Shown: one piece after another, positions 49,254 through 59,483 of the stretch
Layout: every line of letters begins with the position of its first letter
Position numbering within the stretch: the first letter of the stretch is position 1
Position numbers and translations under genes: made by a program
Assembly: GCA_038893835.1 (NCBI GenBank)
Contig: JAWAQR010000001.1
Span: forward strand, 32,001-96,000
Origin: Archaeoglobaceae archaeon
Lineage (GTDB): Archaea > Halobacteriota > Archaeoglobi > Archaeoglobales > Archaeoglobaceae
Length of the DNA: 64,000 nt
Direction of reading: 5' to 3'
The notes under the pieces: generated by a model
Told to the model about the DNA's origin: nothing
What the model saw: the letters and a program-made list of their open reading frames with translations, nothing else
Databases searched by the model: none

Positions 49254-50390
49254 CTAAACGTTTTCTCTAATCCCAAAGTATTCTTTGGCACATTCTTTCA
49301 CTTCTTCAACGAACTCCTTTTTTGTATAAACTCCAAGTTTCCAGTTCTCCATCCAAAAAGCTCTTAGAGCTTTAACCAGTGGCGAAACTTCCTCTATTTT
49401 CCTTATCTTGCCATTAACCTCAACTCTTACCGAGAATTCCTTCGCCTCTTCCAGTTTCGGAATGTCCACTATTACATATCTTTCATCAATTCCAGCCATT
49501 TCAGCGATGCTTTTTTCAGCTTCTCTCTCTTTTACCTTCTTTATCTCATTCAAATCTATACAGTCTTTACCGATGTAAATAGCTCTTTTGAAAAGCCTCC
49601 GATTTCTTATCATGGAATAGAATTCAGGTTCATGAACTTTTAGAAGCATCATGGCATCACAATCATCGAGGGAAAATAGATCTTCAGCCTTCAATTCCTT
49701 ATCCACGATTCTCTCCATTGCCTTTTCAAACATTTTTGCCGCTATTCTGCAGACGTGATGATAATAGACTGCAGGATACATTAAGAAGCGTGAAATCAGC
49801 ATGGACTCAACAGCCCTTATGCCCCCTTCCTCAATAATAACACCATCTTCAAACTTTATCTTGTCAATCAGCCTCGGAACGTCAAATATTCCATAAGCCA
49901 CACCAGTGTAATGCGCATCCCTTACCAAGTAATCCATCCTGTCCACATCCACATCCCCGCATACTATTGACTTTACTTCTCCACTTATCATTTTCTTAAT
50001 TTCTCCAACGCTGTATCCCAGTCTGTTCAGTTCTTCTTTCAGCTCCCCCTTTATCGCGATTTCAACATTTTCGTGACTTAGCATATAATTTTTTAGCAAA
50101 CTATCACAGCTGTGCGAAAATGGAGGATGGGCTATATCATGAAGCAAAGCTGCTATTACAACTTCTTCTCCCAACTTGAGTCTTTCATCAAGAATTCTTG
50201 CCAAATGCATAGTTCCAAGACTGTGTTCAAATCTCGTATGATTTGCCCCAGGGTAAACCAGATATGCAAAGCCCAATTGCTTTATACCCCTCAAACGCTG
50301 AAACTGTGGAGTATCGATCAATTTCAATATATCCTCATCAAGTCTAATCAAACCATGTATTGGGTCTTGAATCGCTTTGTACACAAACAA
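49254..50390 (-). CDS. HD-domain phosphohydrolase (SAMHD1/dNTPase-like)
   Basis: DPIHG, FQRLR.IKQLG, HTRFEHSLG, LLHDI.H.PFSH, DVDRMDYL.RD, VYYH. Confidence 0.9.
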   Translation of the reverse strand: MFVYKAIQDPIHGLIRLDEDILKLIDTPQFQRLRGIKQLGFAYLVYPGANHTRFEHSLGTMHLARILDERLKLGEEVVIAALLHDIAHPPFSHSCDSLLKNYMLSHENVEIAIKGELKEELNRLGYSVGEIKKMISGEVKSIVCGDVDVDRMDYLVRDAHYTGVAYGIFDVPRLIDKIKFEDGVIIEEGGIRAVESMLISRFLMYPAVYYHHVCRIAAKMFEKAMERIVDKELKAEDLFSLDDCDAMMLLKVHEPEFYSMIRNRRLFKRAIYIGKDCIDLNEIKKVKEREAEKSIAEMAGIDERYVIVDIPKLEEAKEFSVRVEVNGKIRKIEEVSPLVKALRAFWMENWKLGVYTKKEFVEEVKECAKEYFGIRENV

Positions 50391-50430
50391 AATGAAGAGA
50401 AGACTATAAAAATGCTTTCCACATTAGTCT

Positions 50431-51663
50431 GTGGACATTGGAATAAGGGGATTTTTGACAAAAACTCCTCCAATGGGAGGAGAGATAAAGAGGAGAGCTG
50501 AGGATTTCTACGTTGAAGAGTTAATGGACATAGAGCTTGGAGAAGGGGATTACTGTATAGTTAAAGTCAGGAAAAAAAATTGGGACACTTTAAGGTTCGT
50601 AAAACAGCTATCAAAAGTTCTTGGGATAAGCCAAAAAAGGATATCCTTCGCTGGAACAAAGGATAAAAAAGCCATAACAGTCCAATATTTTTCGATAAAA
50701 GGTGTAAAGGCTGAAGAAATTTCTAGGATTTCCATAAAGGATGCTGAAATAGAGTTTGTTGGTTATTCAAGAAAAGAAATCGCACTTGGCGATCTTATAG
50801 GGAATTCGTTCAGGATAAAGGTTCACGGTTGCAGAAATGGGGAGATCTTTTTGAAAACAAAAGAAGAATTAGAAAAAAAAGGTATACCAAACTTCTTTGG
50901 TGAGCAGAGATTTGGAATTCGAATGATAACACACGAGGTTGGAAAGCTAATTCTTCAGGGAAAATATGAAGATGCTTTTTGGACCTATGTTGCTAAACCG
51001 AGTGAGTTTGAAAAGGAAGAGGTTGCTGAGGTTAGAAAAATTTTATGGGATTGCAGGGACCCTGTTTTTGGGCTTAAAGAGTTGCCAAAGCATTTAACCT
51101 ATGAAAGAACTTTGCTCCAGAAGTTAAGGGAAGGAATGGATGAAAAAAGGGCATTGCTATCGTTGCCCAAGAACTTAAAGCTGATGTTCGTTCACGCTTA
51201 TCAGTCTTATATTTTCAACAGACTTTTATCGAAGAGAATAGAGGACTTTGGAAATCTAAAGGAGATAACAGATGAAGATTGGGCATGCTATCTTACTTTT
51301 AAAACAAAAAAACCAACCTTTAAAGACTTTAGCAAGATCGGAGCAAACAAATCAAGGGTTAAATTTTTAATTGAAAAAAACTACGCAACACTTGCATTGC
51401 CACTGGTTGGCTATGATACAAAGCTTGAAGGTTGGAACAGAGTTGCAGAGGAATTTCTTGCAGAAGATGACCTGACAATTTCCAGCTTTAAAACAGAGTT
51501 CAAGGAGTTCTCATCTAGCGGATCTTTCAGAAGCGCCGATATACCTTTAAATATAACCGAGCTTGAGTTCGACGGGGAAAACTTTCAATTTTATCTACCG
51601 GCAGGCTGTTATGGGACGATTTTCCTTAGAGAATTTATAAAGAAAGAGTTTATATCTGATTAA
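50431..51663 (+). CDS. truD: tRNA pseudouridine(13) synthase
   Basis: [44 protein letters not shown]. Confidence 0.93.
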   Translation: MDIGIRGFLTKTPPMGGEIKRRAEDFYVEELMDIELGEGDYCIVKVRKKNWDTLRFVKQLSKVLGISQKRISFAGTKDKKAITVQYFSIKGVKAEEISRISIKDAEIEFVGYSRKEIALGDLIGNSFRIKVHGCRNGEIFLKTKEELEKKGIPNFFGEQRFGIRMITHEVGKLILQGKYEDAFWTYVAKPSEFEKEEVAEVRKILWDCRDPVFGLKELPKHLTYERTLLQKLREGMDEKRALLSLPKNLKLMFVHAYQSYIFNRLLSKRIEDFGNLKEITDEDWACYLTFKTKKPTFKDFSKIGANKSRVKFLIEKNYATLALPLVGYDTKLEGWNRVAEEFLAEDDLTISSFKTEFKEFSSSGSFRSADIPLNITELEFDGENFQFYLPAGCYGTIFLREFIKKEFISD

Positions 51664-52043
51664 AATATGCGGAACGCCGAATTTATTATTGCAAGCGTTA
51701 CCAAATAATCTTCACCTATTGGCTCGCAGATTATAACTCTTTTTCCCTCAAATATCCCCTCCTTTTTCCCCTTACCTTTCGGAAATCCCAGCATTTCTGG
51801 TAGTTCTTCAGTAACATGTAATCCATAGGATATGAAGAGTGGAACTACGAAAATCGTATCGCTTTTCATACTTCTTATAGCCTCATCCGGCGAAGGTTTT
51901 CTTTTCCTGGCAGCAAATGCTATCCTTACTTCATCAAATATCCCAGCCTTTTCTATCCTTTCTTTATGCTTTTCCATCACTTCTCTATAATGCTCGAGTT
52001 GACTTCCATGCCCAACTATCACCAGACCACGCAATTCAATCAC
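51660..52043 (-). CDS. cbiX: Short sirohydrochlorin chelatase (CbiXS/CfbA type)
   Basis: [23 protein letters not shown]. Confidence 0.85.
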   Translation of the reverse strand: MIELRGLVIVGHGSQLEHYREVMEKHKERIEKAGIFDEVRIAFAARKRKPSPDEAIRSMKSDTIFVVPLFISYGLHVTEELPEMLGFPKGKGKKEGIFEGKRVIICEPIGEDYLVTLAIINSAFRIF

Positions 52044-52578
52044 CCACGTAAATTATGACGTTGTTGGACTCTATCCTCATTTCTCTAGCATCTCCGACTT
52101 TAATCCTTTCTCCGGAGCATAAGTCTTCGAGTAGAGTGATTCTTTTCCCTCCAAAAGTTGAAAGATCGAAATTTTTATCCGCCAGTATCAGCATACCTCT
52201 TTTACCAATTTCGAATTTTCTCCCATGTGCGTTTACAACAAGGACTTCACAAAGGTCCAATTTTAGTTTAGCTAATGCGAGCTGAACGCTGGAAATCCCT
52301 GGCTCTATTTCGGCTTCCTTAAAAAACTTTCCAAGTCCAGCAACCATTGGATCTCCAGTTGATAGAACCGCAACCTCTCTCTTTTTCCCCTCCCTTTCTA
52401 TTTCAGCATAAACCTCGCTGTTGAACTTTCTCATCACAACCTTTTCTCCCTTTATACATTCCTCTGCAAGCCTTATGGCCTTTTCACTACCATAAACGAT
52501 CTCAGAACTCTTTATCAAGGCCTTTGCCCTATCTGTCAAATGCCCCTCACATATTCCAACTCCAATAATCCTCAGCAA
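52036..52578 (-). CDS. cbiE: Cobalt-precorrin-7 C5-methyltransferase
   Basis: [27 protein letters not shown]. Confidence 0.8.
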   Translation of the reverse strand: MLRIIGVGICEGHLTDRAKALIKSSEIVYGSEKAIRLAEECIKGEKVVMRKFNSEVYAEIEREGKKREVAVLSTGDPMVAGLGKFFKEAEIEPGISSVQLALAKLKLDLCEVLVVNAHGRKFEIGKRGMLILADKNFDLSTFGGKRITLLEDLCSGERIKVGDAREMRIESNNVIIYVGD

Positions 52579-53413
52579 TTAAATCCACCTCCACTCCAAA
52601 AGATTTTGCCTTTTCAAACAAATCTTTCCCTCCAGCCCATTTCTTCAACAATCCAGGAAATCCTACTATTATCTTTTCTCCATCGTGCTCTGAAAGTATT
52701 TCATCGATATGAACTCCGAACACGAAGGGCTGGAAGTCCGGATATTTTCTCCTCGCATACTCCCAAGCTCTTCTGCCAGTTGTTATCGCAATCTTTCTAT
52801 ACTTCTTCGCAATCTCGACTTTCACCCTTACCAACTCCTTACACCAAGGCTCGACAAAGCCTGTAGTACCGAGGATTGAAATTCCACCCTTTATTCCTAG
52901 CTCCTCATTTTTCGTATCTTTCGCAATTCTTTTGCCTTCAGGTATTTCAACCAAAACTCCTCCTTTGTAACCAAATCTTTTGCAAACTTCTTCAAAGTTT
53001 TCTAGTATTTGCTTCATCGCACTTCTACTTACAGATTTTCTACCATTAATTTCCCCAATTCCTTCACCAAATTCGATGCCAAAACTCCTCGTTTTCGCAA
53101 CGATCTCCACTCCACTAGTTGCATCAAATTCATGATCACCAGAAAATTTCCTCGCAATTGCCGTTCCCTTTTTCGCTTCCACCTCCACCAAAACCCTTAT
53201 TCCTACTGGAGTGGAAATTGAAACAAAGTCGAATTCTGAGTAAAGAGAGGCAACAGCTGCGACTATTGCTGCTGAAGCTGTTGAAGCTGTAGTTATTCCC
53301 CTTCTCAGAAAACCATCCTTTTTCAATATGAAAAGCCCGCTTTTGACGAGCGAAGATTTTCCCTCACACCACTCTTCTGGATATTCGTAGAGTTCAATTG
53401 GATCTCTCAGCAT
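52547..53413 (-). CDS. cbiD: Cobalt-precorrin-5B C1-methyltransferase
   Basis: LRRGITT, K..GD...D.T, T.N..LGI.GGISILGTTG.V.P. Confidence 0.9.
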   Translation of the reverse strand: MLRDPIELYEYPEEWCEGKSSLVKSGLFILKKDGFLRRGITTASTASAAIVAAVASLYSEFDFVSISTPVGIRVLVEVEAKKGTAIARKFSGDHEFDATSGVEIVAKTRSFGIEFGEGIGEINGRKSVSRSAMKQILENFEEVCKRFGYKGGVLVEIPEGKRIAKDTKNEELGIKGGISILGTTGFVEPWCKELVRVKVEIAKKYRKIAITTGRRAWEYARRKYPDFQPFVFGVHIDEILSEHDGEKIIVGFPGLLKKWAGGKDLFEKAKSFGVEVDLIAEDYWSWNM

Positions 53414-54719
53414 ACTCTATTAGACAGTTTAAAATTGCAACACAGATGTTGCTCCCTCCTCTAGTTCCAACGGTCGTTATCGATGGCACATCCAAGCCGG
53501 CTATCATCTCCTTAGCTTCTCTGGCATTCACGAATCCAACAGGTGTTGCCACTATGAACCTTGGCTTATATCTCTTTGCTATTTCATAAACAGCCATCGC
53601 AGCTGATGGCGAATTTCCTATTCCTATAACACTACCCTCGACAAGCTTTTCCATGCTCTTAAAACCAGATGAGACACGCGTATCCTCGTTGCCTGCAAAG
53701 TCCATTGCACAAATTGAATTCATCCTAAGTCCAACCTTTACCATTTTTACATCAACTATGATCCTACTTCCTTTCCTTATTGCATCCACACCTTCTTCAG
53801 GATCTCCTTTGAATCTTATGAACTCCTTTATATTTGGATCACCAGTAGTAGCTATACATCTCCTCAGAATTTCATCTTTCAAAGTATCCCCTGGAACTAT
53901 TCTTTTCAAAATTTCAGAACTCGTTTCGACGATTTCAACAGCTCTCTTCGTCATTCCCCCCATCTTTATAGCTCTGAACTTTCTTGGTGTGAACATCTTT
54001 CCTTTTTCGACTATCGTTTCAGAATTTGGGATTATTAGAATTGTGTTCATGTCCACGATATCCAAATTTTTTAGCAAATTGCTTAATCTAACGATTTGAA
54101 CACTTTGATCATCTCTAAACGCATTTCTCACAACTCCAATTTGCACATCTCCTCTTTCAGCACTTATCAAATTGAGTGCTTTTACAAGGTTTTCTCTTCT
54201 TGCAGAACTCGAGGGATTGTAAATAGCGATCACAAAATCCCCACGTAAAGCGTAAGTGAGTCTAGTTTCTATCACACTCCATGGAATCAATAGATCGCTG
54301 AGACTTATAACTACGTGATCCCCGCTTATCGGACATCCGAGCAATGCAGTAGCAGCATTGCTTGCGGAAACACCTGGAATTACCTCGACATCTAATTCTA
54401 TATCATTCTTTATTAAAAACTCATATAAAAATGGAAGAATTCCATAAATCGCCGGATCTCCTCCACTGACAAGAGAAACTACACTCTCTTTTGCAAGTTC
54501 AACTGCTATCTCAACCCTCCTCATTTCCTCCCTCATTCCAGTTGTTATAACTTTTTTCCCCTTCAGAAATTCCGAGATCTCTTTGACATACTTTTCATAT
54601 CCAACCACGTATTCTGACTCTTCGAGCGCTTTCAAAGCCTTTATCGTTATCAGTTCCTTTCCAGCTCCAATGCCAACGACATAAAGTTTACCTCGCGATC
54701 GCAATTGTGACACCTCCAA
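53394..54719 (-). CDS. cbiHC: CbiH-CbiC fusion (C17-methyltransferase plus methylmutase)
   Basis: VSGGDP.IYG, ISLSDLL.PW, YNP, VDM.T, TPR; then DV.MV..G, IGNSPSA, PVGFV, GTRGGS. Confidence 0.88.
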   Translation of the reverse strand: MEVSQLRSRGKLYVVGIGAGKELITIKALKALEESEYVVGYEKYVKEISEFLKGKKVITTGMREEMRRVEIAVELAKESVVSLVSGGDPAIYGILPFLYEFLIKNDIELDVEVIPGVSASNAATALLGCPISGDHVVISLSDLLIPWSVIETRLTYALRGDFVIAIYNPSSSARRENLVKALNLISAERGDVQIGVVRNAFRDDQSVQIVRLSNLLKNLDIVDMNTILIIPNSETIVEKGKMFTPRKFRAIKMGGMTKRAVEIVETSSEILKRIVPGDTLKDEILRRCIATTGDPNIKEFIRFKGDPEEGVDAIRKGSRIIVDVKMVKVGLRMNSICAMDFAGNEDTRVSSGFKSMEKLVEGSVIGIGNSPSAAMAVYEIAKRYKPRFIVATPVGFVNAREAKEMIAGLDVPSITTVGTRGGSNICVAILNCLIEYAERSN

Positions 54720-55404
54720 AAATTCTTTTTGGCAATATAAGTTCCTTTTTCTTTGAAAATTTTAGGGCACAACCTTCAGCAACGTTTTTCACACCAATGA
54801 TTTTAGCTTTTGTTTCTTGAAGATTCATCTGATTCAACTCCTCTTTTTTAACGAAGAAGAGAGGCTTTTTCAGAATATCTGCAACTTTGACTATAGCGCT
54901 ATTTTCTTTCCCCTCTACAGTTGCGATAACTCTAATGTCATTAAAACAAAGCCCAAGTTCATCTAGAGCACTTCTAATCGCTTCCACTATCTCTTTTTCC
55001 CCAACATTTTTTCTGAAGCCTACCCCAACGCTGACCCCATCTGAGAACTCCATCGAAGTCGTTATCACAGGCTCAATGCCCAGCTCAGCCAGAAATTCCG
55101 CGACTTCATTGCCTCCATGATGTCCGCCTAGGATGACAACCGCATGTCTCAACGGTTTATCAAGAACTATTATCGCTGGATCTAGCCATTTGCTTTTTAA
55201 AAATTTTGATATTCCCCTCACCACGATTCCCGAGGCCATATATGCTACTATGCAATCAAAACGCATTACATCTTCCCAGATATTCTTCCTGTAAAACAGC
55301 AGTTCGACATCGTATTTCTTTTCAAGATGCTCAACGATCCCTTTTATTTTTTCCGCATCTTTTTCAAAGCACAGAACCGCTATAGAGGTGCGATCTACCT
55401 TCAT
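54688..55404 (-). CDS. cbiG: Cobalt-precorrin-5A hydrolase
   Basis: MASGIVVR, K..DPA, LGGH.GGN, PVITT, VAEGCAL. Confidence 0.88.
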   Translation of the reverse strand: MKVDRTSIAVLCFEKDAEKIKGIVEHLEKKYDVELLFYRKNIWEDVMRFDCIVAYMASGIVVRGISKFLKSKWLDPAIIVLDKPLRHAVVILGGHHGGNEVAEFLAELGIEPVITTSMEFSDGVSVGVGFRKNVGEKEIVEAIRSALDELGLCFNDIRVIATVEGKENSAIVKVADILKKPLFFVKKEELNQMNLQETKAKIIGVKNVAEGCALKFSKKKELILPKRIFGGVTIAIAR

Positions 55405-56080
55405 ATCCTAGCACCGCTTTTCCAATTATTATGACTGCCATCCTTCTAATCCCTTCCTTCTCCATCATTTGCTTTAAATCTGATAGTTTACAAAAGAACT
55501 TCTTTTCGTCCTCTCTGGAGGCTTTATAAACAACCGCACATGGCTCATCCAGTCCACGGACTTTTCCGACTTTTTCAACTATGTGATCAACTTTATCCGC
55601 GCCTAGAAGTATTACAAGGGTGAGAGGTAACTTTGCGATTTCCTCCAAATGATCCTCTTCTAGCGTTCTACCTTTTGGTCTAACTATCGCAACTCCTACA
55701 AGCTCAGGAGATGTGAGCTCTATTCCAAGTGATGCAGAAGCTGCAAAAATGCTGCTAACACCTGGAACTATTTCTGCTTCAATTCCTCTCTTTTTTAATT
55801 CTCTAATTTGCTCCCAAATCGCCCCAAATATACTCGGATCTCCGCTCTGCAATCTTACAACAATCTTTCCAGCTCTAACAGCTTTCTCCATCAAATCAAC
55901 AATTTCCTCAAGTCTCATTCCATGACTGTTGACTTTCTCTGCCTTGAAATCCTCTAACATTCTCTCTTCAATTATCGATCCCGGATAAATTATCAGATCC
56001 GCCTTTTCCAGTAACTTCAGCCCCCTTACTGTTAATAGTTCCTTGTCACCTGGCCCAAAGCCAACAAAATAAACCTTCAT
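55364..56080 (-). CDS. cbiF: Cobalt-precorrin-4 C11-methyltransferase
   Basis: VGFGPGD.ELLT, RLQSGDPSIFGA..EQ, PGVSS, ELT.PE, VYKAS. Confidence 0.9.
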   Translation of the reverse strand: MKVYFVGFGPGDKELLTVRGLKLLEKADLIIYPGSIIEERMLEDFKAEKVNSHGMRLEEIVDLMEKAVRAGKIVVRLQSGDPSIFGAIWEQIRELKKRGIEAEIVPGVSSIFAASASLGIELTSPELVGVAIVRPKGRTLEEDHLEEIAKLPLTLVILLGADKVDHIVEKVGKVRGLDEPCAVVYKASREDEKKFFCKLSDLKQMMEKEGIRRMAVIIIGKAVLGYEGRSHLYSGSVL

Positions 56081-56664
56081 AGCTTTGCAACAACTATACT
56101 AAAGTAATCGGCTCTTTCGGGCAATTCTCTACTCATTTTTTCTCCATTCATGAACATTCTCTCAAGAAACCAGAAGTTTTTGAACCCCATATTTCTAAGC
56201 CTATTTTCAATCTCCTTCGGCTTTTTTGCTTTCATAACAACCAAAACATCCGGTTTCTCGAATTCTGGAGTCGTGATCATTATCCCCTTCTCCACAAAAA
56301 CTCTCGTTTTTGCCAATGCACTTGAGAAACTCGAAATTCCTGGCACTATCTCTACTTCAAATTCAGGGTTTAACTCAACAATCTCACGGTAAAGAGTGTG
56401 AAATGTTGAGTAAAGCATAGGATCGCCAAGGCAACAAAAAGCAATATCGTGCTTTTTTTCAACCAATTCCCTCGCAAGTTCTCTTGCAACCCTCTCCCCC
56501 TCACCCATCGGAAACTCTACGATTCTAGCATTGCAAAAGTCTTTAATGAGATCGTATGCAATTTTTCCTGGAACTATTACTTCTTCAACCCTTTCAATCA
56601 CTTCTAAAGCCTTTAAACTCAGCAACTTCTTATCTCCTGGTCCTAAACCAACGGCATAAAGCAT
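56077..56664 (-). CDS. cbiL: Cobalt-factor II C20-methyltransferase
   Basis: VGLGPGD, FPM, LGDPMLYSTF, PGISS, VMK, YFS. Confidence 0.85.
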   Translation of the reverse strand: MLYAVGLGPGDKKLLSLKALEVIERVEEVIVPGKIAYDLIKDFCNARIVEFPMGEGERVARELARELVEKKHDIAFCCLGDPMLYSTFHTLYREIVELNPEFEVEIVPGISSFSSALAKTRVFVEKGIMITTPEFEKPDVLVVMKAKKPKEIENRLRNMGFKNFWFLERMFMNGEKMSRELPERADYFSIVVAKL

Positions 56665-56754
56665 GGAACAACTTCGCTTTTAGACATAAATTTTTTTTGA
56701 ATTAAACTTCGAAAAACTTAAATAAACTAATCTTGAACTAGTCAAGGTGATTTA

Positions 56755-57399
56755 ATGCACATAACCGAAGGATTTCTACAGCCGGAGTGGTGCATTTTCT
56801 GGTATGCATTCTCCCTACCATTTCTAATCTATGGATCCCTGAAAATAAGGGCTCTCATTAAAAATAGAGTGAATAAAATTTTGCTAGCAGTATCAATAGG
56901 CTTCATCTTTGTCCTTTCAGCTATGAAAATACCTTCCGTAACTGGAAGCTGTTCACATCCAACGGGAACCGGACTAGCAGTAGTCCTTTTTGGTCCAGCG
57001 GTTACTTCTGTTTTATCTGCAATAGCCCTTTTTTATCAAGCTTTACTTTTAGCACATGGTGGAATAACGACTTTAGGAGCAAACGTTGCCTCCATGGGAA
57101 TCATAGGACCATTCTTTGGGTGGATTTTGTATAAAATTTTGAATAAAAATAGGAAATTGGCTGTCTTCACAGCTACAGCTGTTGCGGATATAATTACTTA
57201 TTTAGTCACTTCAATTCAACTTGCACTCGCTTTTCCAGCATATCCTGGAATTTCGGGAGTTTTAGATTCGGCCATTAGATTTATGGCAATCTTTGCAATA
57301 ACACAAGTGCCAATAGCGTTTGTTGAAGCCATAATCGCGGTTGTAATCTTTGAACAGGTCGTGAATAGGGTCAGTTTGGTGGAGGTGAGCGAGACTTGA
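56755..57399 (+). CDS. cbiM: Cobalt ECF transporter S component
   Basis: MHITEGFL, SVTGSCSHPTG, QALLLAHGGITTLGAN, TQ.PIA. Confidence 0.95.
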   Translation: MHITEGFLQPEWCIFWYAFSLPFLIYGSLKIRALIKNRVNKILLAVSIGFIFVLSAMKIPSVTGSCSHPTGTGLAVVLFGPAVTSVLSAIALFYQALLLAHGGITTLGANVASMGIIGPFFGWILYKILNKNRKLAVFTATAVADIITYLVTSIQLALAFPAYPGISGVLDSAIRFMAIFAITQVPIAFVEAIIAVVIFEQVVNRVSLVEVSET

Positions 57400-57602
57400 T
57401 CTTACTTTCTTTACTCAGCTGGCTAGGTGCTGATGAGATTGCGAAGGACTTGATAATGGAAATTAATCCCGAGTTTGAACCTTGGCTTAATCCAATCTTT
57501 GAGCCGAGTGGTGAGCTTGAAACTTTTTTATTCAGCCTTCAAGCTGCAATTGGGGCGATAATAATAGGTTACATTTTAGGCTACCTGCATGGAAGATCTT
57601 GA
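57396..57602 (+). CDS. cbiN: Cobalt transport protein CbiN
   Basis: GAD, FEPW..P.FEPSGELE..LFSLQAAIGA.IIGY. Confidence 0.9.
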   Translation: MILLSLLSWLGADEIAKDLIMEINPEFEPWLNPIFEPSGELETFLFSLQAAIGAIIIGYILGYLHGRS

Positions 57603-58299
57603 AAGAATACAGGTAAATGCAAGAAGGTTAATTACTGGAGATGTCAACATTTATTTTTCCTTCATCGCTTTAATCATCACACTACTTTCTGAAAAAGCCC
57701 AACTCGTCAGTATCCCCATTTTTATGACATTATCACTTTATGCAGCTGGAAAGAATTACTTTAAGTTGCTCGAAATACCTTTCTTCTTCTTGATTTCAAG
57801 TTTTGCGATAATCCTGTTCACAATACATGGCAATATTGTCTTCGAGTTCTGGTTTCTTAGAATTTCAGACAGAGCACTAGAAGTGGCAGTTTCAACTTTT
57901 TTTAGAGTTCTTGCAATGCTCAACATCCTATTTTACCTCATGATCACTACATCGCTTCCCGAGCTAATTTCAACATTAAAAAGGATTAAATTGCCACAAT
58001 TCATAGTAGAAATGATGTTTTTGAGTTACAGAACAATTCAGGTTCTTTATGGAGAAGCGAAGAAATTAGAAACCTCCGCAAGGGTAAGATTGGGTTATTC
58101 CAGCTTTAAAAATTCTGTTTACACTCTTTCTTTAATCGCTGAATCCCTATTTTTGAGAGCGATAGATAGAGTTGAAAAAACGGTTATAGCAATGGAGTTG
58201 AGAGGTGAGGAAATTCCGGAGTTGGAGAAGCAAAGCAAGGGAATTTGGCTCTCCATATCCATTCTTTCCCTAATGGTGATCGTCTCATGCTTGAGGTGA
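57589..58299 (+). CDS. cbiQ: Cobalt ECF transporter T component
   Basis: TT...L...L..IKLP, YR.I, RLGY, LF.RA, AME.RG. Confidence 0.85.
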   Translation: MEDLERIQVNARRLITGDVNIYFSFIALIITLLSEKAQLVSIPIFMTLSLYAAGKNYFKLLEIPFFFLISSFAIILFTIHGNIVFEFWFLRISDRALEVAVSTFFRVLAMLNILFYLMITTSLPELISTLKRIKLPQFIVEMMFLSYRTIQVLYGEAKKLETSARVRLGYSSFKNSVYTLSLIAESLFLRAIDRVEKTVIAMELRGEEIPELEKQSKGIWLSISILSLMVIVSCLR

Positions 58300-59483
58300 A
58301 GGATCTCTGGTTTAGATATGGGAAAGAATACGTACTCAAGGGTGTTAGTTTCAAGGCTGAGAAAGGAGTTACGATAATAATGGGAAGAAATGGATCTGGG
58401 AAAACAACCCTTCTTTTGAACATAATCGGGATTTTGAAGCCTGAAAGGGGAGAAATAATCGTTGAAGGTGAGAAAGTAAAGTTCGATAAAAAGAGTCTGG
58501 ATGAATTGAGAAAAAAGGTTACACTTGTATTTCAAAATCCTGATGATCAAATCATAGCTCCGACTGTATGGCAAGAAGTAGCTTTTGGGGCTAAGAATGC
58601 TGGAAAAGATTTTAAAAAGCTGACAAAAAAAGCCTTGGAGCTTTGTGATCTGAGTGAATTCGAAAGAGCTCCATGTTCTATACTGAGCGGGGGAATGAAA
58701 AAACTTTTAACGATAGCCTCTGCAATTGCGATGGATCCGAAGATAATCTTGCTCGACGAGCCGACAGCCGGTCTTGATGGGATCTCTTTTAAAAAATTAG
58801 TAAATATTATAGAAAATCTTAAAGATAGTGGAAAAGTGCTGATAATTGCAACCCATGACTACGACTTAGCCAGGGCAGTTGGGGATAAGTTCGTTTTCTT
58901 AAACGAGGGCAGGGTTATTTATGAGGGGAGGGAAATCAGAAAAGATATTGCGAGAAAAATAGGGGTTAGATTAGGTGAGGCAATGGAAGGAAAGAGGACA
59001 AAGGATGAAGTGATAGGGATAATCTTTTCAAAATTAAGTCCAGAAGGGGATGAAATATTCGCGGACATCGGCTGTGGAACAGGTTCTGTTTCAGCTTTTT
59101 TCGCAAGATTTGTGAAAAAAGTTTATGCAATTGAGGAAAGCACTGAAGCTTTTGAAATCGCAAAAGAAAGGCTGAAGGATTTTAAAAATGTTGAGGTTTT
59201 GAGGATGAATGGTCTTGAATTCCTAACTACCCATGATTGCGATCTCGCATTCTTTGGTGGAACAAAAAATATAGAAAGAATGCTCGAAGTCTGTAAGGCT
59301 AGAAGAATTGTGGTAAATGCAGCAAGGATAGAAGTTGCGATGAACGTAATGAACAAGATGAAAGAACTCGGAATTTTTAAAGAAATGATGATTGTAAACA
59401 TTTCTAAAAGCTACGAGCTCGCAAATGCTACTGCATTTAGAAGTGAGAATCCCGTTTTCATAATTTTTGGATCAAGAGAATGA
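58287..59483 (+). CDS. cbiO: CbiO ABC ATPase fused in frame to CbiT (C15-methyltransferase)
   Basis: GRNGSGKT, FQNPDDQ, LSGG, LDEPT, THD; then from ATG 58983 TKDEV, DIGCGTGSV, FFGG, VVNA...E, NPVFI. Confidence 0.85.
   Translation: MLEVKDLWFRYGKEYVLKGVSFKAEKGVTIIMGRNGSGKTTLLLNIIGILKPERGEIIVEGEKVKFDKKSLDELRKKVTLVFQNPDDQIIAPTVWQEVAFGAKNAGKDFKKLTKKALELCDLSEFERAPCSILSGGMKKLLTIASAIAMDPKIILLDEPTAGLDGISFKKLVNIIENLKDSGKVLIIATHDYDLARAVGDKFVFLNEGRVIYEGREIRKDIARKIGVRLGEAMEGKRTKDEVIGIIFSKLSPEGDEIFADIGCGTGSVSAFFARFVKKVYAIEESTEAFEIAKERLKDFKNVEVLRMNGLEFLTTHDCDLAFFGGTKNIERMLEVCKARRIVVNAARIEVAMNVMNKMKELGIFKEMMIVNISKSYELANATAFRSENPVFIIFGSRE

Noticed and set aside
53394-54719. CbiH-CbiC fusion as a novelty
   Set aside because: As I recall, already known from Archaeoglobus fulgidus.
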